From positions 1 through 52,683 of the IMG/VR virus record IMGVR_UViG_3300033153_001326: a DNA stretch of 52,683 bases, one strand, 5' to 3'. Below, piece after piece: positions 9,549-18,620 of this stretch (positions within the stretch are counted from its first letter, which is position 1; every line of letters begins with the position of its first letter). The position numbers and the translations under genes are program-made. Origin of the DNA: a virus. Taxonomy: Duplodnaviria; Caudoviricetes. Below the pieces are notes generated by a model. The model had not been told where the DNA came from. It searched no databases and was given only the letters and a program-made list of their open reading frames with translations.

Positions 9549-9796
9549 TTACGAAAAAAGAACTGAAAACAAGATTGTTTCACATGGTAAGCATCTTTCT
9601 TATTAGCGGGTTGATTACAATGTGTGGATTCATTATTATACCAGAGTTAACTATTGCAGAAATAGATCAAAACACGCTGACAGTGTTTAAGTTTCTGATT
9701 ATCTCAGCGTTCGTTGTGCATATCATGGGCATGGTGTCAATGTGTGTCTTGCTAGTTGGCGACACAATGGAACGCATACAGAATATTGGTGAGTAA
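9545..9796 (+). CDS. Two-TM membrane protein
   Basis: Two hydrophobic helices; ATGA overlap. Confidence 0.72.
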   Translation: MITKKELKTRLFHMVSIFLISGLITMCGFIIIPELTIAEIDQNTLTVFKFLIISAFVVHIMGMVSMCVLLVGDTMERIQNIGE

Positions 9797-10044
9797 TGGC
9801 TACAACAAGAGAATTGGTTGAGGATGGTAAAATCTATGTGCTGCGTGAAAATCCACAACACGCTGGGTGTCACAGAGGACGGTACTACACTGGCAAGAAT
9901 CCTGCATCAAGCATCAAAGATGCAAAACTGTTTAAATTACAGAATGCAAAGAATGTGAGGAAGTTTGCACACACTGGCTGGTGTTATGATGTTGTAAGAG
10001 TGACAAACAAGCAGATGTTCGTAATGTTACTGAGTGGCGAATGA
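9796..10044 (+). CDS. Small protein, paralog family A (divergent)
   Basis: YVL...IKDAKLF...NKQMFVMLLSG. Confidence 0.72.
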   Translation: MATTRELVEDGKIYVLRENPQHAGCHRGRYYTGKNPASSIKDAKLFKLQNAKNVRKFAHTGWCYDVVRVTNKQMFVMLLSGE

Positions 10045-10256
10045 AATACGTAATAGAAAGAACTGATGGTTTCTGGAATAATGCTTATGTAAGTGAACCA
10101 ATGTGTGTACATGAATGTATAAGCAAAGCCATAGCATTTGATACGTTTGATGAAGCAGACGCATACTTCGAACGTCCATCCATGTCTACTTATAAGTATC
10201 GTATAGTAAACATAGATGATAAAGAGTTATTCGAAGCGAGATTGAAAGGTGAGTGA
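10041..10256 (+). CDS. Small protein, paralog family A
   Basis: YVI...ISKAIAFDTFDEA...DKELFEARLKG. Confidence 0.78.
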   Translation: MKYVIERTDGFWNNAYVSEPMCVHECISKAIAFDTFDEADAYFERPSMSTYKYRIVNIDDKELFEARLKGE

Positions 10257-10551
10257 CAAATACGTAATTGCTTGGGGTGCATCACCAATGGAACAACCAT
10301 TGACGATAATCTATTTTAGAGAACTGTGGTTCAAAGGCCATGACTATGATACATATGGATCAAGCCCTGAGCCTACAGTGGTGAGAACTGGATTACTGAA
10401 CCAAGCAAGACTATTTGATACGATTGAAGAAGCTGATGCGTTTTTCCACAAAGTAAATGAACACGTTAAAGTTGAATCACCAGATGATATATCATTCGTG
10501 CTGCCAGTGTCAGAGAAAGACATATTCAGTGCGAAGTTAAAGGATGAGTAA
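10249..10551 (+). CDS. Small protein, paralog family A
   Basis: YVI...LNQARLFDTIEEA...EKDIFSAKLKD. Confidence 0.78.
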   Translation: MSDKYVIAWGASPMEQPLTIIYFRELWFKGHDYDTYGSSPEPTVVRTGLLNQARLFDTIEEADAFFHKVNEHVKVESPDDISFVLPVSEKDIFSAKLKDE

Positions 10552-10691
10552 TGCTTGCATTTGTAATATACATATTGATTGCAATTGCTGTGGTCATAGC
10601 AGCAATGGCAATATGGATTAAAGCATCAATATGGATAATGGGTTTAGGAATTGACGATGATGGCCGAATAGCTTGGCCTTGGAGAGAATAA
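10551..10691 (+). CDS. Small membrane protein (46 aa)
   Basis: Manual translation MLAFVIYILIAIAVVIAAMAIW...; TAATG-coupled at both ends. Confidence 0.65.
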   Translation: MLAFVIYILIAIAVVIAAMAIWIKASIWIMGLGIDDDGRIAWPWRE

Positions 10692-11005
10692 TGGGTAACA
10701 AGATTAAAACATATATCGCAAACCACATTGTATCGTGGATAATCGAAATAGTTGCGATTAGCATTGTTGGTGTGATAACTGTATCTGAGATACGAAAGAC
10801 CAACGAACAAACAAGAGAAATGCTTACGTCTATCTCGGCATTTGCAGCAGATCGACAAGAAGCTGTTGGTGATGCAATTGATTCGATTGCTGGTGAAGCA
10901 CAGAACATAGAGATTGGGGGCAAGGTTGACATTAACACACTCGGCTCAAAGGCAAAAGAGATGTGGGACAATCGTAAGCAGGAAGAGGACGAAGAGGAAG
11001 ACTAA
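10691..11005 (+). CDS. Membrane-anchored protein with acidic tail
   Basis: GGAG RBS and TAATG start at 10691; one TM segment. Confidence 0.72.
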   Translation: MGNKIKTYIANHIVSWIIEIVAISIVGVITVSEIRKTNEQTREMLTSISAFAADRQEAVGDAIDSIAGEAQNIEIGGKVDINTLGSKAKEMWDNRKQEEDEEED

Positions 11006-11106
11006 TGAAATTTCCATTATATTTTTTCGGTATCGTATTTGTTATTGCTGGTAATCCACTCGCTGGATTGTTTCTAATGTTTTTGGGATTCTTGGCAGCA
11101 GAATGA
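11005..11106 (+). CDS. Tiny hydrophobic protein (33 aa)
   Basis: Manual translation MKFPLLFFGIVFVIAGNPLAGLFLMFLGFLAAE; coupled at both ends. Confidence 0.6.
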   Translation: MKFPLYFFGIVFVIAGNPLAGLFLMFLGFLAAE

Positions 11107-11342
11107 TTGAGAAAGTACTACTATCTATATCATGGTATGTCATAGGATTGCTCTCTATGCTAGTGATACAGTGTTGGATTGATAAACACAACGTTGATGA
11201 TAGAAAAGTGTTCCCACTTCATAAGCCAAGTCCTGAACTTGGCGCGCAAGAAGTTTGGGTGCTAGGATTGTGCGGACCATTCGTACTTGCTGCTGTCGTA
11301 TATTTCGTAGTTATTATTTGGTGGTTACAGAGACAAGAGTGA
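11103..11342 (+). CDS. Two-TM membrane protein
   Basis: Hydrophobic N- and C-terminal helices; GPF/GPL pattern shared with 5674..5865. Confidence 0.7.
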   Translation: MIEKVLLSISWYVIGLLSMLVIQCWIDKHNVDDRKVFPLHKPSPELGAQEVWVLGLCGPFVLAAVVYFVVIIWWLQRQE

Positions 11343-11572
11343 TGAAAAGACTTGACGTAGGTAAAGCATCGTTTCGTAAGCGTAGAGGCAAATGGGTAGA
11401 AGTGCCAGAAGAATGGGTTGGCGTGTGTGCTAGTCCACAGACAATACGTAAGCGTCAAAGCAAAACGACACGTAAGAATAAGAACGATGATATTAAGAAC
11501 AATCGTCGTGATTTTGGTAATGGTACGTACTTAAAGTACAAGAGGGGCGCGGATGTCTTCGGAGAAACGTAA
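11342..11572 (+). CDS. Small basic protein
   Basis: TGATG coupling at 11342; K/R-rich. Confidence 0.65.
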   Translation: MKRLDVGKASFRKRRGKWVEVPEEWVGVCASPQTIRKRQSKTTRKNKNDDIKNNRRDFGNGTYLKYKRGADVFGET

Positions 11573-11822
11573 ATTTAAATACAAGCTATCTGGTTTCGAA
11601 CAGATGTGGACTGAGATTGAGCGTCTTGAGGAGCGAGAAGAATTACTTATTCGCACACTACAAACATTGGCGCAAGATGATTTACCTCTGCCTCGCTCAG
11701 AATACATACAAGCTGCACTGACTAACTTGCAGAAGATTCCAGGCAAGTCGGCTGGATACAAAATGATCGAGAACATGGGAATAGATTTTTACGAGAAGGC
11801 AAAGTGCCAGTTTAGCGATTGA
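11553..11822 (+). CDS. Hypothetical protein
   Basis: GAGG RBS; 89-aa ORF. Confidence 0.7.
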   Translation: MSSEKRKFKYKLSGFEQMWTEIERLEEREELLIRTLQTLAQDDLPLPRSEYIQAALTNLQKIPGKSAGYKMIENMGIDFYEKAKCQFSD

Positions 11823-11836
11823 AAACAGGAAATAGC

Positions 11837-11865
11837 TTGCAATTGTTGCGAAATAGTGTTATAAT
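11837..11865 (+). promoter_or_regulatory. Sigma70-type promoter
   Basis: TTGCAA, 17 nt, TATAAT with a TG extension, in an intergenic gap. Confidence 0.7.
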
Positions 11866-11889
11866 TTAACTTTAAAGAAGGGTACAGTA

Positions 11890-12150
11890 ATGTCCAAAAC
11901 TAGAATGACCAAGAAAGAAATCTCTGTCGCGTTTGCAGCATTAGAAGATTTAGCAGGCGAGAAGAATCGTGAACTCAAGAAGCGGAAAGAAGAACTTCGT
12001 TTCATTCCAATGAAGCAAGTTCGTAAGGACAGGCTTCAAGAGTTTGGTCTTTACGACTACAAGACTAAGCGTTATACGCTTGGTAGTATCCACTCAGGCA
12101 AGGCTGTAAAGATTCTTGCTGAAATGAGGTCAATGCTCAATAAGGTGTAA
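11890..12150 (+). CDS. Basic hypothetical protein
   Basis: First ORF after the promoter; RBS present. Confidence 0.72.
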   Translation: MSKTRMTKKEISVAFAALEDLAGEKNRELKKRKEELRFIPMKQVRKDRLQEFGLYDYKTKRYTLGSIHSGKAVKILAEMRSMLNKV

Positions 12151-12152
12151 TC

Positions 12153-12419
12153 ATGTCTGACGAGACTGAAAAAGACCCGAATGATCCAGTAAGAATTTCT
12201 ATATTCGTCAAAGACGGCGATGATAATGAAGATTGGGTGTACGACAAATTACGTACACTCGATGATTATGACCCTGGGTTCTACTATCGTGAAATGCCTA
12301 CTAGAACTGGCACAATATTCATAATTGATACTAAGGCCAGAAACATGGAACACCAAGACTTCAAGAAGTTTTTGTTCCAAGCACGTATCAAGTTTGCTGA
12401 GAATGTTAAGATAAGATGA
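12153..12419 (+). CDS. Small protein, paralog family B
   Basis: AAGGTG RBS; ends FKKFLFQARIKF. Confidence 0.75.
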   Translation: MSDETEKDPNDPVRISIFVKDGDDNEDWVYDKLRTLDDYDPGFYYREMPTRTGTIFIIDTKARNMEHQDFKKFLFQARIKFAENVKIR

Positions 12420-12748
12420 GTAGAATAATAGCACAGAAAAAGTATTACAAGCTTGCATTCTCTGTTGATATAGAGACAGCAGAAGATGTAACTTGGATCA
12501 GGGAGCAAATGGAAAAGTTAGAAGCTGAACCACTCATCATGCGATGCTTCCAGAATGTTCGTGTCTATGATGCGTTCAGTAACAATCCAAAAATTAGTCA
12601 AACTGATTGGACAAGCGACGTTAATGCGTTTGCAATATATTATCGTGAAGAACATAACATCACCATAGAAAAATTCTTATTCAAAGTGAAACTAAAGTTT
12701 CCAAACTTCAAACACGAATTCACACAGACAGTCAAAGAGTACAACTAA
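12416..12748 (+). CDS. Small protein, paralog family B
   Basis: Contains IEKFLFKVKLKFP near the C-terminus. Confidence 0.75.
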   Translation: MSRIIAQKKYYKLAFSVDIETAEDVTWIREQMEKLEAEPLIMRCFQNVRVYDAFSNNPKISQTDWTSDVNAFAIYYREEHNITIEKFLFKVKLKFPNFKHEFTQTVKEYN

Positions 12749-13038
12749 TGAGTTGGTCATGTGATACCACAACGAATTCTAGTGCTACTACGTTTATGAG
12801 CATAAAAACAACCTCCATAACTATTGCAGAGATTGATGCAGCAGATGAAAAATTCATATGGAATGCATTTGATGCTGCTGACTTGAAAGCAACAATGATT
12901 CTTAAACAGAATTGGGGTAAAGTCTTGCCAGATGCAATATTCACATTCACTTACGTTTATGAACAGCAATTGAAAGACCTCAAGAAAGTTTTCTTCAAGC
13001 TACTGTTAAAGTATCCTGATATGAAATATTCGTATTAG
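12748..13038 (+). CDS. Small protein, paralog family B
   Basis: Ends LKKVFFKLLLKYP; exact start uncertain. Confidence 0.7.
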   Translation: MSWSCDTTTNSSATTFMSIKTTSITIAEIDAADEKFIWNAFDAADLKATMILKQNWGKVLPDAIFTFTYVYEQQLKDLKKVFFKLLLKYPDMKYSY

Positions 13039-14723
13039 ATTCCTGGTATACTTCCGCCAATACTACCAATAGTAGCTGGACTGCCGACTGCGTGTTCAGG
13101 ACACGGCTCAAACGTTAAGAATCTTCCAACCATTGTTAATACTGGCTGTTGAATGCGATCAGTGTTGAGCGGTGGAACAAACAATGCCAAGTTGTTTATT
13201 TTTGGTAATGGCACAGTAGGTATTCCAGGTATTGCTGGTGTAGCAACGGCTGCTATCGGCCCACACACAGGGCCAGTAGTACCGCCTGCGCCTACGAATG
13301 GTAGTGTGCTGCCTGCTGATGATCCTGATGCAATCTTATGTGTGTGCGCTTGCAATCCTTCTAACGACATTGTTGTTGATTTTACATCGGCCCCGAACAC
13401 AATACCCGCTGCCTTGATATTGCCCAGCGTTCCGATGCCTGCAGATGCAATACCTATATTAGTGGCACATACTCCGAATTCAGCGGGGGTTGACATTGTA
13501 ATACCAGCAGCAGCACCCAATTCAAGTGAGCCTGTTGTTGTCATTGTCTGCCCACCACCAATGAGTAAGCTATCGTCGCCCACAATATTTGTGTTACGAT
13601 TGCCCGTGACTGTAGTTTCCATATCACCGATTAATACAGTAGTTGTTATGCTGCCTTGCATAGAGGTTAGTGTCATGTTATTTGCTGCTTCAATAATTAC
13701 TGCGCCACCATCACCCACCAATGGAGGACCAACTTGTCCACCAGCAATTGGTGCTGCGCCTTCTGCAGGAATTGGAATCTTATCTGCTGCTGCTTTAATT
13801 GTTATGTTATGTCCAGCTTCCATTACAATGTCATTGTCTGCACGTAAGTTAATATCTTCTTGTGAACGAACACTCACGCTCTTAGCACCAAAGATGTCGA
13901 AGTTGCCTTCTGCATCCATTTGCATCCAGCTTGTTCCTGCTGCGTTGATTGCATAGACAAGTCCATTCGTTTCATCAATGAGCATCTGTGCTCCGCTTCT
14001 GGTGCGTAAACGTATGTGTTCACTGCCGCGAGCATCATCCATGTAGAATTGTGAGCCGCCAAGTCGCTTGCCTGGAACATCTGAATTCTCAGGGCCAGGA
14101 GTTAACATACCATATACTTGAGATGGTGCTTCGCGTCTTGCTCCACTCCTAGATGGGCCGCGCACTGTGTCTTTGATTAAGCCTTGTGCATTGATTCCTT
14201 CTGCCGCTTCTACTAATGCAGGTCGAGTAATATCTTCTGTTACTGTTTGCTTGGTACGTTTGTTATACTCAGCAACAGGTACATCCACTGTAGGAAACTG
14301 AATGCTCTTATCTGATGGCATTCCAGGAACCATTTTGTTCATAAATTGTTGGAACAGACAACCCATCATCACGCCGCGCGATGGATCACCACTCGCAAAC
14401 ATAATTATAACTTGATTATCTAGATCAGGTGGCACAGCCCAAAAACCATAACTGGTTTGTGTTGCTTCTGCTGTTTGGTCATTGTTACCCACAAGCTTTG
14501 GACTTGTTGCACCAGCAAATGGTGACGCATACGATACATTGAACCATGACTTCTCATCACTCTCTAATGATCCGAAGTCTGGAATCCAAACCTTTAGTCT
14601 TCCCATGCGTTGTACATCTCTGTTGTCTTTTACAAACCCAACGTACATTCCCTCGTATTTAACTGTGCGGCCACTCGGGGTATAATTTTTATCTGGGCCT
14701 ATTGTGCGTGTAACTTTAGCCAT
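13035..14723 (-). CDS. gp5: Baseplate central spike/hub (gp5/gpV-like, no lysozyme domain)
   Basis: OB-fold YVGFVKDNRD...GRLKVWIP, SYGFWAVPPD, beta-helix repeats, HTH metal-binding motif near the C-terminus. Confidence 0.85.
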   Translation of the reverse strand: MAKVTRTIGPDKNYTPSGRTVKYEGMYVGFVKDNRDVQRMGRLKVWIPDFGSLESDEKSWFNVSYASPFAGATSPKLVGNNDQTAEATQTSYGFWAVPPDLDNQVIIMFASGDPSRGVMMGCLFQQFMNKMVPGMPSDKSIQFPTVDVPVAEYNKRTKQTVTEDITRPALVEAAEGINAQGLIKDTVRGPSRSGARREAPSQVYGMLTPGPENSDVPGKRLGGSQFYMDDARGSEHIRLRTRSGAQMLIDETNGLVYAINAAGTSWMQMDAEGNFDIFGAKSVSVRSQEDINLRADNDIVMEAGHNITIKAAADKIPIPAEGAAPIAGGQVGPPLVGDGGAVIIEAANNMTLTSMQGSITTTVLIGDMETTVTGNRNTNIVGDDSLLIGGGQTMTTTGSLELGAAAGITMSTPAEFGVCATNIGIASAGIGTLGNIKAAGIVFGADVKSTTMSLEGLQAHTHKIASGSSAGSTLPFVGAGGTTGPVCGPIAAVATPAIPGIPTVPLPKINNLALFVPPLNTDRIQQPVLTMVGRFLTFEPCPEHAVGSPATIGSIGGSIPGI

Positions 14724-14728
14724 GTGTG

Positions 14729-17431
14729 TTAACCCTCATCATCTGATTGTGTTGGGCCGACTGATTGTGTAAATCGAGTAGTGTCTTCTGTAGTATTGCC
14801 TTGCCCACTGATTCTAGTGCCAAACAAATCATCAATACTTACAAATTCAGGAATGTCAGGCAGATCAAGATTCAATCCCCCGTTGCTGAAGAATTCATTT
14901 ACTTCGGTTTGCTGACTTCCATCTGTTGCGAGGAAACTAGTTTGGCCTGCAGTTGTCAAACCAAGACCAGAGCCAAGACTATTACTTTCGAGGTATTCTG
15001 ATACAGTTGGTTTGTATTCGCCACCAATAATACCAGATATATCAGTATCCAAATCAACATCTCTGATATTGATATTAACATCTCTGATACCATGTAACGT
15101 TTGTGTAAACTCGCCACCAGCGAATGAATGTGTTACTTCCTTGACTGCATATAAGCCTGCAATAGAATTAACATTCCTGCGACCAGGTGGTGTTAGTCCA
15201 GTGTCGGGATCAAAGGCTTGTGGTGTAAAGCTTCTGAATACCATTAATGTCTGTCGTGATGTAGTGTCAGCAGAGACTATATCATCATGCTCTGCGGCGG
15301 TTATATCAATTTCTCTAATACCACTTTCATCACCACCGCTATCTTCTGGATCAATGCCTCTGGTGGTTAATATTCTACGAAATGAAGATGTTGGTGGTGT
15401 GTTTAGCGTATGGGGATTAGGCTCAAGCCAATATGGATCACCCTTTACTCTCAGTTCAATATTCAAAAGATCGCCAGAAATTGGTGATTCAGCTTGTTCA
15501 AATAAAGCACTCAATAATGTTTGTCCAGGACTATCTGCATACTGTTGTCCTTTACCAAACTTGTCTTGTGTTTTAGCTTCAGTCATGGTTACTGCAATAT
15601 TAAATTCATGTTCTGTTGTGCCAATGTCATCTAACTGAAGGTCAATTGATCGCAGTTGTTTTTGTGCAGACTTTTGAGGATCAACAGGGGAATGTGGTAG
15701 CGTTCTTTCAGCTTTTTTGGTTAACGTTATGCCACCAAGCGTGGTTGGTGTGTTGGGTATGGCGGGCGACTGAAGTGGTGTTATTACTCCACCAGTATAT
15801 TGATTAGTAAATGCAACACCATCTTGCACAAGACCACCAGCAGTGCCAGTTACTTGTCCAGCAGCATTTTCTGCTTGTCCAATTACATCATTTGCTTGAT
15901 TCTCTATATTCTTTATATCACCCATCGCATCATCAATAGCAGAAGTATCAAAGCTACCAACTGATACACTCTGCGCTGCACTTTTAAGCATCTCTATGAG
16001 TTGAGCTATTGGATCAAAGCCTGGTAACGCGCCAGAGGGCAAACCATCCAATGCATTTTGAACACTAGTGTATTGTTGTTGCCAACTAGGACTATTTTTC
16101 AATGCTTCAGCAATTGCTTCTTGTTGGCCTGGTGTTTGTTTTGCTGCCGCTTCTGCTTTTCTTATCTGCTGGGGAATTCCGCCGAGAATTGGTAATGCAA
16201 CAAACCAGTTGAAATTAAAGTTCAACTCAAAATCAAACACTTGGTCATTCATTCCACTATAAATGTAATCATATTTCTTTCTTACGATTCCTTTGTTTAT
16301 ATGGGAACGAACTCTACCTGCGCTAGTCATATTAGATAGTTGATTTGATGGAGTCAAATTGGATGTCATCTCGTATGGGATAATTAAATATTTATAATGA
16401 CGTTGATAATCTCGTCTGTTAAAATCATAGTCGCCTAGTTCAACGTCAGCAACGACCCTCCACAATTTGGAGTATATTGCCTTTTCGCCGCCGCCCGCTT
16501 CGCCAGCAGCGTCGGGGTCAGTGGTTTGTTTCATTTCCTTATGGAAGAAACTAGTTTTAGATAGAATCGTCCTCACAATCATTTCAATTGAGTCGCCTGG
16601 GTTGATTGGAAAATCCATCTTACCAGAACTTTCTAAGTAGTCTGCTGCTCTATTCTCACGTTCTTCTTTATTATCGGGTACAATACTAGCATTTAGAATA
16701 TCATCATCAATCCAAAATGTATATGTATCAGTAAGCGCATAGTTACTTGATTTCACTTTTTTAGCTTCGCGCTCAGTTAGCTGTGTTTGCAATTGACTAA
16801 AGAAATCTTTAACAGTAGACGTTGTTATTGAATGTAGTTGCTCTGTATCGGATGCTTGGTTTGTATATGCCAAGTCCGAATATGCAACTGCTGACATTGC
16901 ATATGTAGATCCGCCCGTGTTCACATTCATCGCCATTGATGTTAGTTGTAAAGGCCAAGTCCATACCAATGTAGATAATGAGGCGTCAGCAGCACTCCCC
17001 AAATCAGATGATAGTCTTCCTTTGAATGATAACTCTAAGTAAAATGGAAACTTTTGAAAATTCTGAATTCCTAGCGCCAAGCCTGCTCTCTGAATTTGAT
17101 CGAGCAATTCTGCACCATATGGTTCACGCAACGTGAAGCTTATATTTGTGGCGACGCCTGTTCCTGCTTCTTTGGTGATACTACCAGTGGTTGTTATTTC
17201 TACATTATCAATATCAATTGGGGAGACACCACTTTCAGCAATCACAACCCGTTCGTTCTCATTACCAAACTGGGCGCTACTGCCCTTAAGTGCATTGGGA
17301 GATACCATATACAATCGGAAATGATACGTTGGATTCTCATAACTATCCAACACATTCTTTAAGAAGGCTGTTTCTTTTACACTTACTGGTGGCTGTGTGC
17401 CACCTTTGCGCGCTTGGGTGTTATCTGTCAC
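14729..17431 (-). CDS. Baseplate hub protein (gp27/VgrG-like)
   Basis: Position between gp53 and gp5; VKGDPYWL and GLYAVKEVTHSFAGGEFTQTL typical of a hub C-terminus. Confidence 0.72.
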   Translation of the reverse strand: MTDNTQARKGGTQPPVSVKETAFLKNVLDSYENPTYHFRLYMVSPNALKGSSAQFGNENERVVIAESGVSPIDIDNVEITTTGSITKEAGTGVATNISFTLREPYGAELLDQIQRAGLALGIQNFQKFPFYLELSFKGRLSSDLGSAADASLSTLVWTWPLQLTSMAMNVNTGGSTYAMSAVAYSDLAYTNQASDTEQLHSITTSTVKDFFSQLQTQLTEREAKKVKSSNYALTDTYTFWIDDDILNASIVPDNKEERENRAADYLESSGKMDFPINPGDSIEMIVRTILSKTSFFHKEMKQTTDPDAAGEAGGGEKAIYSKLWRVVADVELGDYDFNRRDYQRHYKYLIIPYEMTSNLTPSNQLSNMTSAGRVRSHINKGIVRKKYDYIYSGMNDQVFDFELNFNFNWFVALPILGGIPQQIRKAEAAAKQTPGQQEAIAEALKNSPSWQQQYTSVQNALDGLPSGALPGFDPIAQLIEMLKSAAQSVSVGSFDTSAIDDAMGDIKNIENQANDVIGQAENAAGQVTGTAGGLVQDGVAFTNQYTGGVITPLQSPAIPNTPTTLGGITLTKKAERTLPHSPVDPQKSAQKQLRSIDLQLDDIGTTEHEFNIAVTMTEAKTQDKFGKGQQYADSPGQTLLSALFEQAESPISGDLLNIELRVKGDPYWLEPNPHTLNTPPTSSFRRILTTRGIDPEDSGGDESGIREIDITAAEHDDIVSADTTSRQTLMVFRSFTPQAFDPDTGLTPPGRRNVNSIAGLYAVKEVTHSFAGGEFTQTLHGIRDVNINIRDVDLDTDISGIIGGEYKPTVSEYLESNSLGSGLGLTTAGQTSFLATDGSQQTEVNEFFSNGGLNLDLPDIPEFVSIDDLFGTRISGQGNTTEDTTRFTQSVGPTQSDDEG

Positions 17432-17432
17432 C

Positions 17433-17729
17433 TTATGTTAATCCTTGCACCGTTTCTATGGCTGGCACGAAGATTTCTGTCCCTGCTGTAAAGTCTTCGA
17501 TTGGATCAATTAGTATATCCATATTGCGTTGAACAAGTATCCACCAAAGACGAGGCGAACCATAAAAATCATTTGCAAATAGATCAGGTCTTTTGTCGTA
17601 CTTGTTTTCAATAGCAACTACCCTATCATTAGAACTAGGAGTAATTGGTCTTGGTGTTAACAAATCTAGATAAAAGTCCTTGATTGGTGTACTCAGATAG
17701 TGAGATGTATTCTTATGTATGCGAGCCAT
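17433..17729 (-). CDS. gp53: Baseplate wedge protein (gp53/LysM-like)
   Basis: RPDLFANDFYGSPRLWWIL...N signature. Confidence 0.85.
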   Translation of the reverse strand: MARIHKNTSHYLSTPIKDFYLDLLTPRPITPSSNDRVVAIENKYDKRPDLFANDFYGSPRLWWILVQRNMDILIDPIEDFTAGTEIFVPAIETVQGLT

Positions 17730-18466
17730 TAGATGAATCCTCTAGTTATCAAATCTCCACTCTTGAATTTGTCAAGATCAAAGTTTTCTCTTGTATTTCT
17801 AGGATTTTGCTGTACTCCAAGAAGCATTGTTATTACTATTTGCGTTGGCATGAATGTAGTTGTTCCTGCTCTTGGTGGCAACTTGGGCAACACGGCATCG
17901 AAAAACGCACCCTGCAGACCGCCTCGTCGTGAGCTACTGTCGGACCCTTGCTTAGTTATCGCAACATAATCCATTTCTCGTTCTAGCAAATAGCTATAGT
18001 TTTGTAGCACTACGGGAACGTTATTAAACATTTGATCGCCAAGATAGTTGAATCTTAGTACTGGTGGTGGTGTTCCAGCAGTATTATTTCTGACAGCAGC
18101 ATTGCCGAATTCCATCATCGTTGATGCTCTCAAAAATGTAAGTACTGCAAGCATATATTCCGCTTCCGCATTTGTTTGTGCTGTAAACGTTGCTGTCACT
18201 TGTATCTCAGACGGCATCGAGTTTTGAAATTGAAACGATTGATAGTTGCTGTGCGTAAAATGCCAGCTATTGTAATTAGCTGCGCCACCGTAAGTAACAT
18301 CGGGAGTATATGGAAATATAATTCCTCGTGTTTTTTGCAATGGTCGTAGTATGTGGTCACAATCAAGTGGATCACCCAATATTTTCATTGCGCCTGCCGC
18401 TGGTCCTAGTTTTGCTCTGCGATCAGTTCGGTTTGATTGCACATTAGCTTGTTGGTTCTCAGTCAT
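17729..18466 (-). CDS. Baseplate/tail-tube initiator protein (gp48/gp54-like)
   Basis: IIFPYTP...GTPPPVLRFNYLG.MFNNVPVV motif; synteny. Confidence 0.7.
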   Translation of the reverse strand: MTENQQANVQSNRTDRRAKLGPAAGAMKILGDPLDCDHILRPLQKTRGIIFPYTPDVTYGGAANYNSWHFTHSNYQSFQFQNSMPSEIQVTATFTAQTNAEAEYMLAVLTFLRASTMMEFGNAAVRNNTAGTPPPVLRFNYLGDQMFNNVPVVLQNYSYLLEREMDYVAITKQGSDSSSRRGGLQGAFFDAVLPKLPPRAGTTTFMPTQIVITMLLGVQQNPRNTRENFDLDKFKSGDLITRGFI

Positions 18467-18487
18467 AATACTACTCCTAGTTACACT

Positions 18488-18495
18488 TATTTATC
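18488..18495 (-). promoter_or_regulatory. Late promoter for the baseplate hub operon
   Basis: GATAAATA upstream of the AGGAG RBS of 18466. Confidence 0.7.
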
Positions 18496-18536
18496 TCGTT
18501 TTTATAATGGGTTTTAATAAAAAGTCGGATAAGTGC

Positions 18537-18565
18537 TTGACAAAGCAAGCAATACTTGTTATAAT
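18537..18565 (+). promoter_or_regulatory. Consensus sigma70 promoter for the gp55-gp47-gp46 operon
   Basis: TTGACA, 17 nt, TATAAT with a TG extension. Confidence 0.85.
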
Positions 18566-18620
18566 GTCTAAAGACATTATATAAAATGTCTACAATAATA
18601 AAAATAAAATAGGAGGCCAA

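Noticed and set aside
13035-14723. Bacterial T6SS or extracellular contractile injection system locus
   Set aside because: Capsid, portal, prohead protease and late sigma factor genes show this is a genuine phage.
13153-15638. Long + strand ORFs (267 aa and 208 aa) opposite gp5 and the hub gene
   Set aside because: Antisense shadows of real genes with no RBS or motifs; the same applies to 42902..43663, 38393..38851 and similar ORFs.
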